64,000 bases of DNA from Escherichia coli (GCF_048403405.1 NZ_CP183129.1); one strand, 5' to 3'; positions 43,822-56,566 are shown, numbered from the stretch's first letter. The notes: generated by a model not told the origin, from the sequence alone. Program-made: numbers and translations.

Positions 43822-45057
43822 ATGATTACACATTTCCGTCAAGCCATAGAAGAAGCGCTGCCCTGGCTTTCCTCTTTTGGCGCTGACCCAACGGGTGGGA
43901 TGACCCGTTTACTTTATTCGCCGGAATGGCTGGAAACCCAGCAGCAATTTAAAAAAAGAATGGCAGCAAGCGGGCTGGAAACACGTTTCGATGAAGTGGG
44001 GAATTTATATGGTCGCCTGAGTGGCACCGAATATCCACAGGAAGTGGTTCTGAGCGGTTCGCATATCGATACCGTGGTTAACGGCGGTAACCTCGACGGG
44101 CAATTCGGCGCGCTGGCGGCGTGGCTGGCAATTGACTGGCTGAAAACGCAATACGGCGCGCCGTTACGTACGGTCGAAGTGGTGGCGATGGCAGAAGAAG
44201 AAGGCAGCCGCTTCCCGTATGTCTTCTGGGGCAGTAAAAATATCTTTGGGCTGGCGAATCCTGACGACGTGCGGAATATCTGTGATGCCAAAGGAAATAG
44301 TTTTGTCGATGCGATGAAGGCTTGCGGATTTACTCTGCCGAACGCCCCACTAACTCCGCGTCAGGATATTAAAGCCTTTGTCGAACTGCATATCGAACAG
44401 GGCTGTGTGCTGGAAAGTAATGGTCAATCAATTGGCGTGGTGAATGCAATTGTCGGGCAACGTCGCTATACGGTGACGCTGAACGGCGAATCAAACCATG
44501 CAGGCACCACGCCGATGGGTTATCGTCGTGATACGGTTTACGCTTTCAGTCGCATTTGCCATCAGTCGATCGAAAAAGCGAAAAAGATGGGCGACCCGCT
44601 GGTGCTGACCTTTGGTAAGGTGGAGCCGCGCCCGAATACGGTGAATGTGGTGCCGGGTAAAACCACGTTCACCATTGATTGTCGTCATACCGATGCTGCC
44701 GTGCTGCGCGATTTCACCCAACAGTTAGAAAACGACATGCGGGCGATTTGCGATGAAATGGACATTGGTATTGATATCGATTTATGGATGGACGAAGAAC
44801 CCGTGCCGATGAACAAGGAACTGGTCGCCACCCTGACAGAATTGTGTGAACGCGAAAAACTGAATTACCGGGTGATGCACAGTGGTGCCGGGCACGACGC
44901 ACAAATTTTCGCGCCGCGCGTGCCGACCTGCATGATTTTTATCCCCAGCATCAACGGGATCAGCCATAACCCGGCAGAACGCACCAATATTACCGACCTT
45001 GCCGAAGGGGTCAAAACGTTGGCACTCATGCTTTATCAACTTGCCTGGCAGAAATAA
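43822..45057 (+). CDS. allC: Allantoate amidohydrolase
   Basis: 411-aa protein from MITHFRQAIEE within ORF 43804-45057; M20 peptidase family. Confidence 0.9.
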   Translation: MITHFRQAIEEALPWLSSFGADPTGGMTRLLYSPEWLETQQQFKKRMAASGLETRFDEVGNLYGRLSGTEYPQEVVLSGSHIDTVVNGGNLDGQFGALAAWLAIDWLKTQYGAPLRTVEVVAMAEEEGSRFPYVFWGSKNIFGLANPDDVRNICDAKGNSFVDAMKACGFTLPNAPLTPRQDIKAFVELHIEQGCVLESNGQSIGVVNAIVGQRRYTVTLNGESNHAGTTPMGYRRDTVYAFSRICHQSIEKAKKMGDPLVLTFGKVEPRPNTVNVVPGKTTFTIDCRHTDAAVLRDFTQQLENDMRAICDEMDIGIDIDLWMDEEPVPMNKELVATLTELCEREKLNYRVMHSGAGHDAQIFAPRVPTCMIFIPSINGISHNPAERTNITDLAEGVKTLALMLYQLAWQK

Positions 45058-45067
45058 GGAGTTATAA

Positions 45068-45853
45068 ATGGGATATTTAAATAACGTCACCGGTTACCGC
45101 GATGATTTACTGGCTAACCGTGCGATTGTGAAACACGGTAATTTCGCGCTGCTAACCCCGGACGGTCTGGTAAAAAATATTATTCCGGGCTTTGAAAATT
45201 GTGACGCGACAATCCTCTCCACGCCAAAGCTGGGTGCCTCTTTTGTTGATTATCTGGTCACACTGCATCAAAACGGTGGCAACCAACAGGGCTTCGGGGG
45301 CGAAGGCATTGAAACGTTCCTGTATGTGATCTCTGGAAATATCACTGCCAAAGCCGAAGGTAAAACATTTGCCTTAAGCGAAGGTGGCTATCTTTATTGC
45401 CCACCAGGCTCCTTAATGACGTTTGTTAACGCCCAGGCCGAAGACAGCCAAATCTTTTTATATAAGCGTCGCTATGTTCCGGTAGAAGGTCATGCGCCGT
45501 GGCTGGTTTCTGGCAATGCCAGCGAACTCGAACGCATTCATTATGAAGGCATGGACGATGTTATTCTGCTGGATTTTCTGCCCAAAGAGTTAGGTTTTGA
45601 TATGAACATGCATATCCTCTCTTTTGCGCCAGGTGCCAGCCACGGTTATATCGAAACTCACGTCCAGGAACACGGTGCCTATATTCTTTCCGGTCAGGGG
45701 GTTTATAACCTCGACAATAACTGGATCCCGGTGAAAAAAGGCGATTACATCTTTATGGGCGCTTATTCCTTACAGGCCGGTTATGGCGTAGGGCGTGGTG
45801 AAGCGTTTAGTTATATTTACTCAAAAGATTGCAACCGCGACGTAGAGATTTAA
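45068..45853 (+). CDS. allE: (S)-ureidoglycine aminohydrolase (cupin)
   Basis: 261-aa ORF; synteny. Confidence 0.85.
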   Translation: MGYLNNVTGYRDDLLANRAIVKHGNFALLTPDGLVKNIIPGFENCDATILSTPKLGASFVDYLVTLHQNGGNQQGFGGEGIETFLYVISGNITAKAEGKTFALSEGGYLYCPPGSLMTFVNAQAEDSQIFLYKRRYVPVEGHAPWLVSGNASELERIHYEGMDDVILLDFLPKELGFDMNMHILSFAPGASHGYIETHVQEHGAYILSGQGVYNLDNNWIPVKKGDYIFMGAYSLQAGYGVGRGEAFSYIYSKDCNRDVEI

Positions 45854-45895
45854 GTCATACCACTCGCCTGATTATTTTTAGCTATGTTGGATTTT

Positions 45896-45922
45896 GCCAC
45901 GGTTTATACCGTGGCTTTTTTT
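45896..45922 (+). terminator. Rho-independent terminator after allE
   Basis: Hairpin gccacggtttataccgtggc followed by TTTTTTT. Confidence 0.6.
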
Positions 45923-45982
45923 GCGGTAAATTCAGGTAAAAAACGGATGCGGGATAAAATGCATCCGCTCTAATGGCAAGAG

Positions 45983-47128
45983 TCAGTTTTTAATTCCCTG
46001 ACCTATTTTAATGGCGCAGGCAATATTTCGTGCGCTGTTGAAGAGATTGGTTTCACCGCTGGCGAGCACTTCGGCTAAAGGTGCCAGACGTGGCAAAATG
46101 CTGAACACCGCGTCAATGCCGTACTGGTGCACCACTTCCACGCCATCACCCAATACGCCAGCAATCCCAATCACCGGGACATTAAACTGCTTCGCCACCG
46201 ACGCCACGCCCAGCGGCGCTTTACCACCTGCCGTTTGCGAGTCGATGCGCCCTTCCCCGGTGATCACCAGCGCTGCGCCCTGCACCGCCTGCTCCAGGTT
46301 GACCGCCCGCAGTACAATCTCAATACCCGGTTTAATATCCGCATTGAGGAATACCGCCGCCGCAATACCCATCCCGCCCGCCGCGCCGCCGCCCGCCATC
46401 TGGCAGACATTAATTTCAGTTTGCTGTTGTAAAACACGGGCGTAATTTTGCAGCCCCTGTTCCAGCTCTTCGACCATTTCCGGTGTTGCCCCTTTTTGCG
46501 GGCCAAACACCGCCGCCGCGCCGCGTGCCCCTACCAGCGGGTTATCAACGTCACATGCTACTTCAATATGGCAGTTCGCCAGACGCGGATCGCATTCCTC
46601 CATCTCAATGCTTGCCACGCGCGCTAAATTGCCGCCGTTAGCCGCCAGCACCTGGCCGTCGGCATCAAGGAAACGCACACCAAGCGCCTGCGCCATGCCC
46701 ATACCGCCGTCGACCGTCGCACTGCCGCCAATGCCGAGAATAATATGGCGAATACCGTTATCCAGCGCATGACGAATTAACTCCCCCGTACCAAAACTGG
46801 AGGCCAGCAACGGATTACGCTTTTCAGGCGCGACCAGCATCAGGCCGCTTGCCGCAGCCATCTCAATCACCGCTGTTTTCCCGTCGCCGGTAAGGCCATA
46901 AAAAGCATTCACTGTTTCGCCCATCGGCCCGCAGACTTCAAGCGTCACGATGTTGCCGCCCGTCGCGGCGACCATCGCATCCACCGTCCCTTCGCCGCCA
47001 TCCGCTATCGGCAAACAGATATAGTGCGCATCGGGAAAGAGGGTCGAAAACCCGGCTTTAATTGCCTGACAACATTTTTCTGCACTTAAGCTCTCTTTAA
47101 ACGAGTCTGGCGCAATGACAATCTTCAT
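45983..47128 (-). CDS. glxK: Glycerate 2-kinase
   Basis: 381-aa protein from [16 protein letters not shown] within ORF 45983-47134. Confidence 0.9.
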   Translation of the reverse strand: MKIVIAPDSFKESLSAEKCCQAIKAGFSTLFPDAHYICLPIADGGEGTVDAMVAATGGNIVTLEVCGPMGETVNAFYGLTGDGKTAVIEMAAASGLMLVAPEKRNPLLASSFGTGELIRHALDNGIRHIILGIGGSATVDGGMGMAQALGVRFLDADGQVLAANGGNLARVASIEMEECDPRLANCHIEVACDVDNPLVGARGAAAVFGPQKGATPEMVEELEQGLQNYARVLQQQTEINVCQMAGGGAAGGMGIAAAVFLNADIKPGIEIVLRAVNLEQAVQGAALVITGEGRIDSQTAGGKAPLGVASVAKQFNVPVIGIAGVLGDGVEVVHQYGIDAVFSILPRLAPLAEVLASGETNLFNSARNIACAIKIGQGIKN

Positions 47129-47149
47129 TATCAATCCTTTTTCAACAAA

Positions 47150-48457
47150 TTATTCGATGCGTTCCCACGGAATAAGATTATCCATAAGAACAGCCAGTAA
47201 AATCCCGACCAGTAAGCCGTTACTGAGCAGAGGACGCAGCGTTAATGGAAGGTCTTGCAGATACACAGGCGGTAATGCCATTAAAAATATGCCGACAAAT
47301 AACGGCAATGCGAGTCGATAAATATTGCGAGCGGTAAAGGTTATTTGCTGGCTAAACACCAGCGCCGAAAAGAGTAAAGGCAGATAAGAAACCAGCATGA
47401 CCGCGCTACTCACTGGTAAGGGGATACTGCAAAACAGACGCGTGAGTGCCGGAACCAGCGCCACCAGCAGGCAAATAACGCTGCCATAAATAAACGAACG
47501 CCGCGTGTAATCGCCAGTCTGGGTTAATAAACCAATGGATGAAACAAACGGTGAAAATGGAATTACCGCCAGCGGTACGGTTATCAGCGTCATAAATCCG
47601 GTCGCCACAAAGCTACGACGATAACGCGTATTCCCCGCGCCCTGCTGCGGATAAAAAACATCCGTGCCCCGAATCGCACCGTAGGTATTGCTGATATTAA
47701 CCAGACCTGTAATCACCGCCGTCAGAATAATCCCCGGCGACAAAGCACCGCCACTGCCGAGCGGGAACCACTGCCAGTGCAACTCACCGGAGAGCGAATG
47801 CGAAGAAGGAAAGCAAAAGTACCACAACAACCAGCCGGTTATCGTACCGACCAGCAGGCCATAACGGGCAAAACGTTGCGGCAGAAAGATAATCATCGCC
47901 AGTACCAGGCACATCACCGCGACCGAAAGCGCGAACGGCGGTAACTGAATTTTAAAATTCGGGTCGGCTATGCCAAACGGCAGCCCGAGCATACCTTTGA
48001 AAAAGATAGTGGTCAGCTGCGCGCCCAGCATCAACATAAACAAGACCATCACCGACGGCGTAAATAACCGCGCCAGACGATGACCTAATCCGCTAAAACC
48101 AATCAACATCGTCAGCACGCCAGAGAGCGCAATTCCCACCGCCAGGCTGGTAGCGATATCGTTGATCGGTGTCCCGCGCGATGCTTCGCCAAGGGTGATA
48201 GTAAGGATGGTTCCCCACCACAGGCCACCCGGCCCTTCCATAATAGCGCGACGATGACCGCAGAACGCCTGAGCGAAGCAGGCCAGTGCAGTAGCAAGAA
48301 AAGCATATTGCGTGAGCGTAAGCAGGCTACTTTGCGGCAACTGAAAAGCAGAAAGTAGCGTAGGAGGAACCACAACCGTGTTGCAAAAAATAAAGAAAAA
48401 CCACTGAAATCCTGATAACAGGCTTTCGCGGCTGACTGCAAAATTGAACATAAACAC
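47150..48457 (-). CDS. ybbY: Putative purine/uracil permease YbbY
   Basis: 435-aa polytopic membrane ORF; synteny. Confidence 0.85.
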   Translation of the reverse strand: MFMFNFAVSRESLLSGFQWFFFIFCNTVVVPPTLLSAFQLPQSSLLTLTQYAFLATALACFAQAFCGHRRAIMEGPGGLWWGTILTITLGEASRGTPINDIATSLAVGIALSGVLTMLIGFSGLGHRLARLFTPSVMVLFMLMLGAQLTTIFFKGMLGLPFGIADPNFKIQLPPFALSVAVMCLVLAMIIFLPQRFARYGLLVGTITGWLLWYFCFPSSHSLSGELHWQWFPLGSGGALSPGIILTAVITGLVNISNTYGAIRGTDVFYPQQGAGNTRYRRSFVATGFMTLITVPLAVIPFSPFVSSIGLLTQTGDYTRRSFIYGSVICLLVALVPALTRLFCSIPLPVSSAVMLVSYLPLLFSALVFSQQITFTARNIYRLALPLFVGIFLMALPPVYLQDLPLTLRPLLSNGLLVGILLAVLMDNLIPWERIE

Positions 48458-48507
48458 ACCTTAACCGGAGAATGCCCGCCGCAAGGACGGGCATTGCAGG
48501 GGCCAGA

Positions 48508-49869
48508 TTACTGCTGATGTTTAAGGATAAATTGACCTTTCGGCGCAACAGGGAAGCCCTGTTCAATGTCGTAAATCACATCACCACGTAAGATGGTTTT
48601 CGTGATACGCGCGCCAATGGTACGGCCAACATACGGGCTGACTTTGTGGCGATATTCCAGATCGTCATTGGTAAGAACATAGCTGCTATTCGGCTGAATG
48701 AAGACGAAGTCGGCATCTTTTCCTGGGGCGATACGGCCTTTTTGCTGCAGACCGAAAATATCTGCTGCGTTAGTCGCCATTAATTTGCCGAACATTGGCA
48801 GAGACATTCCGCGTTTCTGTACCGCTTCATCGAACATCACGTCCATGCAGCTTTGCAGACCGGCGATACCGCCCCATGCTTTCATGATGTTACCGGCTTT
48901 CATTTCCGGCGGGCATGGAGAGTGGTCGGAAACCAGGCAGTCGATTTCACCGTTAAACAGTTTTTCCCACATGCCTTTCTGGTTTTCCAGATCGCGGATC
49001 GGCGGTGAACACTTCGCCAGAGTACCGATTTCTTCGAACTGATCGGTATCCAGTACAAAGTAATGCGGGCAGGATTCACAGGTAACATCCTGGCCTTCCT
49101 GACGTGCACGAGTCACTTCCTCAACACCTTCCGGGCTGCTGATATGGCAAACGTGCAGACGGCAACCAGCAACTTTCGCCAGGTACAGCACGCGGCGAAT
49201 CGCTTCCACTTCGGTAAATACCGGACGCGAAGCCACATAGTCATGTGCGGTTACGCGACCTTCACGCTTCGCTTCTTCGCCCAGTTCGTCACAGATCAGC
49301 GCGTTTTCGCAGTGCACCAGCACCGGCTGACCCAGTTCGCCCAGCTTCTGCGCACCTTTGAAGAACTGCCAGTCGTTTACATCACGGAAGTCGTTGTCGA
49401 TACCGCGATCGCCACAGGTCGCAACGAAGCATTTGAAGCCGACAACGCCCACTTCATCCAGCTCATGCAGACGGTCGATGTTGTAAGACACCAGGCCACC
49501 GAGTTGCGCCGCATCGATAGTCAGCTTGCCTTTAGCGGCATCAAACTTCAGTTCAATCGATGCGCGGTCAACCGTTGCAGGCAGCTGGTTGAGCGGCATT
49601 TCGATCATGGTGGTGATACCGCCTTTTGCCGCTGCGCGAGTACCAGTTTCATAACCTTCCCAGTGGCTACGACCCGGTTCAGAAATATGGGTGTGCGCAT
49701 CAACCATGCCCGGCGAAACCACCAGACCAGACGCATCCATAACTTCTTTTGCATCGCCCAGATCCTGACCGATAGCAGCAATTTTCCCGCCTTTAACGGC
49801 GATATCTACAACGCGAGCTTCGTTTTCTAAAATAACGGTGCCGTTTTTAATGATTAAATCAAAAGACAT
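48508..49869 (-). CDS. allB: Allantoinase
   Basis: 453-aa amidohydrolase ORF with metal-binding His motif ([12 protein letters not shown]). Confidence 0.95.
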   Translation of the reverse strand: MSFDLIIKNGTVILENEARVVDIAVKGGKIAAIGQDLGDAKEVMDASGLVVSPGMVDAHTHISEPGRSHWEGYETGTRAAAKGGITTMIEMPLNQLPATVDRASIELKFDAAKGKLTIDAAQLGGLVSYNIDRLHELDEVGVVGFKCFVATCGDRGIDNDFRDVNDWQFFKGAQKLGELGQPVLVHCENALICDELGEEAKREGRVTAHDYVASRPVFTEVEAIRRVLYLAKVAGCRLHVCHISSPEGVEEVTRARQEGQDVTCESCPHYFVLDTDQFEEIGTLAKCSPPIRDLENQKGMWEKLFNGEIDCLVSDHSPCPPEMKAGNIMKAWGGIAGLQSCMDVMFDEAVQKRGMSLPMFGKLMATNAADIFGLQQKGRIAPGKDADFVFIQPNSSYVLTNDDLEYRHKVSPYVGRTIGARITKTILRGDVIYDIEQGFPVAPKGQFILKHQQ

Positions 49870-49928
49870 AACAAACTCCTTGTAAAATACAGATTGTTTT
49901 TTAACTCAATGTTCAATATCGGGATTAA

Positions 49929-51383
49929 TTAACCTATGGTTTTTTGCTCTCCTGTTTTTTCTGCTGTTGTACGTTTCTTTAATAAGGCGTAGGCCGCAAA
50001 GGCGACGATGACGCCGACAAACCATGAAACACGAGATAACGGTTCCATAAAGGGAATAAACTTACCGCCAAGAGATAAAATAACGGCGACCAAAGTTACT
50101 GAGAACGCGGTAAGGTTAAAGCCGTTATCGTAATATTTGAAATCCCCTGCTGCGGTATACAGTTCATCAAGATTAATTTGTCCGCGCATTACCACAAAAT
50201 AATGCGCCATCATGACACCAATTACCGGACCCAGCATTCCGCCAATAATATCGAGGAACAGATAAATACTGTCCTGATTTTCCATTAATTTCCACGGGCA
50301 GATCAGCAGGCTGATAATACTGGCAATCAGTACGCCGTTTTTATAGGTCAGTTTCGTCGGTGCAATAGCGGCAATCTGATAACCGGCCGGAATAATATTA
50401 CCGGTGGCGTTAGTGGAGATAGTTGTCATCAGAATAACCAGTACCGCAAAGAACGAGGCGAACAGGCTGTCCCAACGCTGAACAATATCCAGCACGTTCC
50501 AGGTATCAGCGCCGTAGTGAATACTGGCTCCGGCAATAATACATACCCCGGCGACCGCAAACAGAATATAGGCCACAACTAAACCCAGCGTTTGCCCCAG
50601 CGCTTGCTCACGAAACGAGTGGGCGTTTTGCGTAAAGTCGGATGCGCTCACCGCCGGTGCCGCCCAGACCGCAACTACCGCGTTAATCACCACCAGGAAC
50701 AGGAAGCCACTGTTTTCTGCTTTCTGAATACCGCTCGGAATGTAGTCAAAGATTGGACCGAGCCCGACCAGCGAAATCGCCCAAATCGCCATACCGCCGA
50801 AAACGATATAGATGCACGGGTTAAGAATGGCAGTGAATTTATTTAAAACTTTGCCACCGCCAAAACCTATACCAACGTTGACCAGCCAGAAGAGTAAGAA
50901 AGTAATTAAGCCCGGTAGAGAAAGGCCTAACAGAGTGAAATCATCACCGAGAGTTAAAAATCCCGGCCAGATTTTGCCAATCAGGATCAAGCAGGCCAGC
51001 GATCCAGCGTAACATTGCAGGCCAAACCACATAATGGCAGCAATCCCGCCTCTTAATAATCCGGGAAACAGTGCACCACGTACGCCGTAAGAAGCACGCA
51101 GGATCATGGCAAAAGGCACACCGTATTTACTGCCCGCAGCACCGTTTAATACCATTACCGCGGCAATGAAAAAGGCGCTGAGGATAATTGCCAGCATAAT
51201 ACTAAAGGTAGACAAGCCGAGAATAAAAAAGCCGCCGACCATCACATAATTGGGAACGTTATGAACCGAACCCATCCATAAGGTAAAATAGTTAAATGTT
51301 TTCCAGGTCCGCTGGCTTTGCGTTTTCGGCAATAGATCTTCGCTATAGCCGCGTTGCTGGAATAGTTTTCTCTGATGTTCCAT
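49929..51383 (-). CDS. ybbW: Allantoin permease (NCS1 family)
   Basis: 484-aa membrane ORF; synteny. Confidence 0.9.
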   Translation of the reverse strand: MEHQRKLFQQRGYSEDLLPKTQSQRTWKTFNYFTLWMGSVHNVPNYVMVGGFFILGLSTFSIMLAIILSAFFIAAVMVLNGAAGSKYGVPFAMILRASYGVRGALFPGLLRGGIAAIMWFGLQCYAGSLACLILIGKIWPGFLTLGDDFTLLGLSLPGLITFLLFWLVNVGIGFGGGKVLNKFTAILNPCIYIVFGGMAIWAISLVGLGPIFDYIPSGIQKAENSGFLFLVVINAVVAVWAAPAVSASDFTQNAHSFREQALGQTLGLVVAYILFAVAGVCIIAGASIHYGADTWNVLDIVQRWDSLFASFFAVLVILMTTISTNATGNIIPAGYQIAAIAPTKLTYKNGVLIASIISLLICPWKLMENQDSIYLFLDIIGGMLGPVIGVMMAHYFVVMRGQINLDELYTAAGDFKYYDNGFNLTAFSVTLVAVILSLGGKFIPFMEPLSRVSWFVGVIVAFAAYALLKKRTTAEKTGEQKTIG

Positions 51384-51552
51384 AAATCCCTCTTAATTTC
51401 ACGTATCGAATAACGTCTTTTTAATCTAGCTATGAGGAACAAATAAAATAAAAATATTATTTTTAATACTGAAGCAACATCTTTGGCTGCTTTCTTTTTT
51501 TAATATTGCTGGCCGATTCATTTTCTGATATCGGCCATTTTTATTGCGGGTA

Positions 51553-52431
51553 TCAGGCCAGTTTATGGTTAGCCATTAATTCCAGCGCCTGCACTAACGC
51601 AGAGTGATCCAACTGGCTGCCACCGTTTGCCGCACAGGTATTAAACAATTCCTGGCAGGTCGCGGTGTTTGGCAGGTTCAGCGCCAGTGCTTTCGCACTT
51701 TGCAGTGCCAGGTTGAGATCTTTCTGGTGCAGCGCAATTTTAAAACCTGGATTAAAGGTGCGTTTAATCATGCGCTCACCGTGAACTTCCAGAATACGTG
51801 AGGAAGCAAAGCCGCCCATCAGCGCCTGGCGCACACGTACCGGATCTGCACCGGCTTTTGAAGCAAACAGCAGGGCTTCAGAAACCGCTTCAATATTGAG
51901 CGCCACGATAATCTGATTTGCCACTTTGCAGGTTTGACCGTCGCCGTTACCGCCCACGAGGGTGATATTTTTACCGAGCAGTTCAAACAGCGGTTTAACA
52001 CGTTCAAATACCGCTTCGTCACCGCCAACCATAATCGACAACGTCCCTTCACGCGCGCCGATTTCACCGCCGGAGACGGGCGCATCGAGATAATCGCCGC
52101 CCAGTTCATTCACCTGACGAGCGAAACGCTTAGTTTCAATCGGGGAAATGGAGCTCATATCAACAATGGTTTTGCCCTTCAGCGAGGCTTTGGTACAACC
52201 ATTTTCACCGAACAGAACTTCTTCAACCTGTGGCGTATCCGGCACCATAATAAAAATGATGTCCGATGCTTCCGTTACCTGGCGCGCAGTTTCAACACTG
52301 ACGGCACCCAGTGACAGTAATTCATCAGCAACCGGACCAATGGTTGTGACATGCAGTTGATGACCGGCACGCGACAGATTAATGGCCATCGGTGTACCCA
52401 TAATGCCTAAGCCAATAAATCCCAGTTTCAT
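51553..52431 (-). CDS. glxR: Tartronate semialdehyde reductase
   Basis: 292-aa ORF with N-terminal NAD-binding GLGIMG motif. Confidence 0.95.
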   Translation of the reverse strand: MKLGFIGLGIMGTPMAINLSRAGHQLHVTTIGPVADELLSLGAVSVETARQVTEASDIIFIMVPDTPQVEEVLFGENGCTKASLKGKTIVDMSSISPIETKRFARQVNELGGDYLDAPVSGGEIGAREGTLSIMVGGDEAVFERVKPLFELLGKNITLVGGNGDGQTCKVANQIIVALNIEAVSEALLFASKAGADPVRVRQALMGGFASSRILEVHGERMIKRTFNPGFKIALHQKDLNLALQSAKALALNLPNTATCQELFNTCAANGGSQLDHSALVQALELMANHKLA

Positions 52432-52530
52432 AATTAACCTCTTTTAAATTTCGCTTTTCCTGAATTCAGACAACACGATCCCCTGCCAACTTAGCGGCCT
52501 AAAAAAGCATTGTCTGAATAGCGTTACGTT

Positions 52531-53307
52531 TTAACGGTACGGATCCATCCAGCGTAAACCGGCTTCCGTGGTGGTTTGGGGTTTATATTCACACCCAACC
52601 CAACCGTTGTAGTCAGAATTTTCGATTACCTTAAAGAGATAATCATAATTAATTTCTCCGGTCCCCGGTTCGCCGCGATGCGGATTATCGGCAATTTGCA
52701 GGTGACCAATTTTATCGGCCCATTGCGTCATAGTGTTGGTTAATTCACCTTCCATCCGCTGCATGTGATAAATGTCATACTGAATTTTCAAATTGCAGCA
52801 ACCAACATCATCAATCAATTTCAGCGCCTGCCGAGTTCCGGTGAGATGGAAACCAGGAATATCAAAATGGTTAATAGGTTCAATCAGTAATAAAATATCT
52901 TCTTTCATCAGCATATTCGCGGCATAACGCAGGTTTTCTACAAGCGTTGCGTGAATCTGTTCACTGCTGAAACCAGCCGGCGTTTTACCGACCAGACAGT
53001 TAATTTTTTTATTACCCAGCGCACGAGCATAACGAATCGCTGCTGCTACGCCATCCCGAAACTCTTCTTCACGACCAGGAATACAAGCAATACCCCGCTC
53101 GCCCGCCGCCCAGTCACCTGCCGGTAAATTGTGCAACGTATGTTCGAGTTTATTACTCGCCAGCACCTGTTTTAATTCTTCAATGTCATAGTCATAAGGG
53201 AACATAAATTCAACGCCGCGAAAACCACACTGCGCAGCTTTCTCAAAACGGGCGAGAAAATCATATTCACCAAATAACATCGATAAATTAGCAGAGAAAC
53301 GTAACAT
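52531..53307 (-). CDS. hyi: Hydroxypyruvate isomerase
   Basis: 258-aa TIM-barrel ORF; synteny. Confidence 0.9.
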   Translation of the reverse strand: MLRFSANLSMLFGEYDFLARFEKAAQCGFRGVEFMFPYDYDIEELKQVLASNKLEHTLHNLPAGDWAAGERGIACIPGREEEFRDGVAAAIRYARALGNKKINCLVGKTPAGFSSEQIHATLVENLRYAANMLMKEDILLLIEPINHFDIPGFHLTGTRQALKLIDDVGCCNLKIQYDIYHMQRMEGELTNTMTQWADKIGHLQIADNPHRGEPGTGEINYDYLFKVIENSDYNGWVGCEYKPQTTTEAGLRWMDPYR

Positions 53308-53319
53308 TATTTATCTCCC

Positions 53320-55101
53320 TTATTCATAGTGCATGAAGCAGGTTTCAGTTGGTGCATCCACTGCGTTATCGGCGATATCTTCAAATTCCATGACATTATC
53401 CAGTTCGCTGCCCATCGAAATATTGGTCACACGCTCGAGAATAACTTCCACGACTACCGGTACCCGATATTGCGCCATTAAGGCTTTCGCCTGTTCAAAG
53501 GCTGGTGCTATATCTTCCGGTTTGAAAACGCGAATCGCTTTACAACCCAAACCTTCCGCTACTTTTACGTGGTCGACGCCGTAACCGTTCACTTCGCTGG
53601 AGTTAATATTTTCGAACGCGAGCTGTACGCAGTAATCCATATCAAACGCGCGCTGCGACTGGCGAATCAGACCCAGATAGGCGTTATTGACCAGTACATG
53701 GATGTACGGAATGTTGAACTGTGCGCCAACGGCTAATTCTTCAATCAGGAACTGGAAGTCGAAGTCACCGGAAATCGCCACCACATTGCGCTCTGGATCA
53801 GCGGCACACACGCCCAGCGCCGCCGGAATGGTCCAGCCCAACGGGCCTGCCTGCCCACAGTTGATCCAGTGGCGGTCTTTAAAGACATGTAGCATTTGTG
53901 CCGCAGCGATTTGTGACAGGCCAATGGTGGTGACATAACAAACATCGCGACCAAAGGCTTTGTTCATCTCTTCATACACGCGCTGCGGTTTCACCGGCAC
54001 ATTGTCGAAGTGGGTTTTGCGCAGCAAAGTGCGTTTGCGCTGCTGGCAGTCGGCGACCCATTCTTTACGACACGGCAGACGACCCGCTTTTTGCATCTCC
54101 TGCGCCACTTCAACCAGCAGCGTCAGCGCCGCTTTAGCATCAGAGACAATGCCCAGATCCGGACACAGCACGCGGCCAATTTGCGTCGGCTCAATATCGA
54201 TATGAACGATTTTGCGCCCTTCGGTGTATTTCTCTACCGAACCGGTATGACGGTTCGCAAAACGGTTACCGATACCAAACACCATGTCGGACGCCAGTAA
54301 CGTTGCGTTACCGTAACGATGCGCGGTTTGCAGACCCACCATCCCGGCCATCAGTTCATGATCGTCCGGGATACAGCCCCAGCCCATCAGCGTTGGGATC
54401 ACCGGAACGCTGGTCAGTTCAGCAAACTGTTGTAACAGTGCAGCTGCGTCAGCATTGATTACCCCGCCCCCGGCAACAATCACCGGACGTTCGGCCTGAA
54501 TTAACATTTCTACCGCTTTTTCGATCTGCATACGGCTGGCAGCAGGTTTGTAGACCGGCAGCGGTTCGTACATGTCAGGATCAAACTCGATTTCCGCAAC
54601 CTGAACGTCGAACGGTAAATCCACCAGTACCGGACCCGGACGACCAGAACGCATCAGGTGAAATGCCTGTTGCAGCACGCGAGGCACCAGCGCCGCTTCA
54701 CGAACTGTAACCGCCATTTTGCTGACCGGTTTAGCAATTGCTTCAATATCTACGGCCTGAAAATCTTCTTTATGCAGACGGGCGCGCGGAGCCTGGCCGG
54801 TAATACACAGAATAGGAATGGAATCAGCAGAAGCGGAATAGAGCGCGGTGATCATGTCCGTGCCTGCAGGACCGGAAGTCCCCAGACATACGCCGATATT
54901 CCCTGCCGTTGCGCGGGTATAACCTTCCGCCATGTGCGAAGCACCTTCCACATGACGCGCCAGAATGTGACGAATACCGCCGTGCTTACGCATCGCTGAG
55001 TAGAACGGATTGATTGCAGCTCCCGGAACGCCGAAGGCGGTGGTGATACCTTCTTTCTCCAGCACATACATTGCCGCGTCAACGGCTCTCATTTTTGCCA
55101 T
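53320..55101 (-). CDS. gcl: Glyoxylate carboligase
   Basis: 593-aa protein from [18 protein letters not shown] within ORF 53320-55191; ThDP enzyme. Confidence 0.95.
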   Translation of the reverse strand: MAKMRAVDAAMYVLEKEGITTAFGVPGAAINPFYSAMRKHGGIRHILARHVEGASHMAEGYTRATAGNIGVCLGTSGPAGTDMITALYSASADSIPILCITGQAPRARLHKEDFQAVDIEAIAKPVSKMAVTVREAALVPRVLQQAFHLMRSGRPGPVLVDLPFDVQVAEIEFDPDMYEPLPVYKPAASRMQIEKAVEMLIQAERPVIVAGGGVINADAAALLQQFAELTSVPVIPTLMGWGCIPDDHELMAGMVGLQTAHRYGNATLLASDMVFGIGNRFANRHTGSVEKYTEGRKIVHIDIEPTQIGRVLCPDLGIVSDAKAALTLLVEVAQEMQKAGRLPCRKEWVADCQQRKRTLLRKTHFDNVPVKPQRVYEEMNKAFGRDVCYVTTIGLSQIAAAQMLHVFKDRHWINCGQAGPLGWTIPAALGVCAADPERNVVAISGDFDFQFLIEELAVGAQFNIPYIHVLVNNAYLGLIRQSQRAFDMDYCVQLAFENINSSEVNGYGVDHVKVAEGLGCKAIRVFKPEDIAPAFEQAKALMAQYRVPVVVEVILERVTNISMGSELDNVMEFEDIADNAVDAPTETCFMHYE

Positions 55102-55190
55102 TTTATTCCTACCTCTATTAATTGGAAAAATTTTCCAACTTTCAAATTTTGTCAAAAAAACCCGCTCCGCAGAGCGGGATGCGACAGACA

Positions 55191-56006
55191 CTATGGATGT
55201 GCTTTCAGTCCCAACGCCGTGCTGATATCGCGGGCGGTGTCTCTGACCAGCTCACCCTGACTGACAAAACGATCTTCTGTCAGTCTTGATGAAGGCCCGG
55301 AGATGGAGATAGCGGCAACAACACTACCTACATCATCGTAAATTGCTGAAGCTATGCAATTCAGGCCTACAACATGCTCTTCTTTATCTACGGTATAGCC
55401 CAGTTCACGCGCTTGTTCCAGGTCCTTCAGCAAGGTGGGCATATCCACAAGCGTCGTTGGCGTAAACTGCTGCAAACCGGTTTGCAGAATGATGCTCATC
55501 AACTCCTCTTCCGCCAGCGGATAAAGCAGCGCCTTGCCCGCACCAGAAGCATGCAGCGGCAGACGACTGCCCAGCGGCGCACACATCCTGACCATCGATT
55601 TACACTCTAACTGACCAATTAATACTGCTTCATTGCCGTTACGAATCGCGACATTGACCGTTTCGCCGGAAAGTAACATCAGGCGGCGCATAAACGGCCC
55701 GGCTACGGAGAGGACATCGCGGTTATGGATGTACGCCGCACCGACGTTAAAGACACCTAATCCTATATGCCACCAGCCTAACTGACTGTCCTGATAGACA
55801 AAATCCGCTGCCTGTAAAACCTTCAGCAAGCGAAAGGTCGTGGAGAGCGGCAAATCCAGATTGAGAGAAATATCGCTAACCGATGAACTTCCCCCACTTT
55901 TTTCCAGATATTGCAGAATCGCAATTCCCCGCTCTAACGCCTGTGCGCCCTTCTGTGCCACAGGCTCCGCCTGTCCTGGCCTGCCGCGCCGTCTAACTTC
56001 CGTCAT
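55191..56006 (-). CDS. allR: IclR-family repressor of allantoin regulon
   Basis: 271-aa ORF; synteny. Confidence 0.9.
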
Positions 56007-56083
56007 ACCTACGTTAACTCCGACCTACAAGTGAGCATAAACAATGAACAATTAGTTTATCTTATGCAAGTCGGTTGCAGGCG

Positions 56084-56566
56084 TCACGCAAAACAGAGTT
56101 CCTGTTCAGGAATACTTTCAACATCACAGTTGTCACTGCCGCCGCGATCGATGGTCAGAAAATCGGTGACGCGCTGCCAGGCGAAAAGTGGGTGATGCCA
56201 GACGTTACGATGGTAATTCACCCCCTGTTCACCGTTGGTGATAAACGCCCGCAGCGTTGACAGGTCTGGTTTGTCGTCACCTAACGCCACGACCACCACA
56301 AACACTTCACCTTTCATCGGGATAAAGGCCTGAGTGCCCAGCGGATGACGTTCGAGTTCGTGAATGGTCAGCGGCAGATTCGCCGGTTGCGCGCGGTTAA
56401 TGCTGATGAGCGTACGGTCTTGCTCAAGAATCTCAACCAGCGCCAAATCGTGGTAACGCTCTACCAGACCATTGTTAATATGGAAAAAATCCCGTTGCTG
56501 CGTTTCGATTACATCGCCATAAGCACTAAAGGCTTCCTGACTTAACGGTAATACCTGAAGTTTCAT
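56084..56566 (-). CDS. allA: Ureidoglycolate lyase
   Basis: 160-aa [24 protein letters not shown]... Confidence 0.9.

Noticed and set aside
51511-51537. Hairpin ggccgattcattttctgatatcggcc downstream of glxR as a terminator
   Set aside because: The T-run follows the hairpin on the + strand while both flanking genes are on the - strand, so orientation does not support a glxR terminator.
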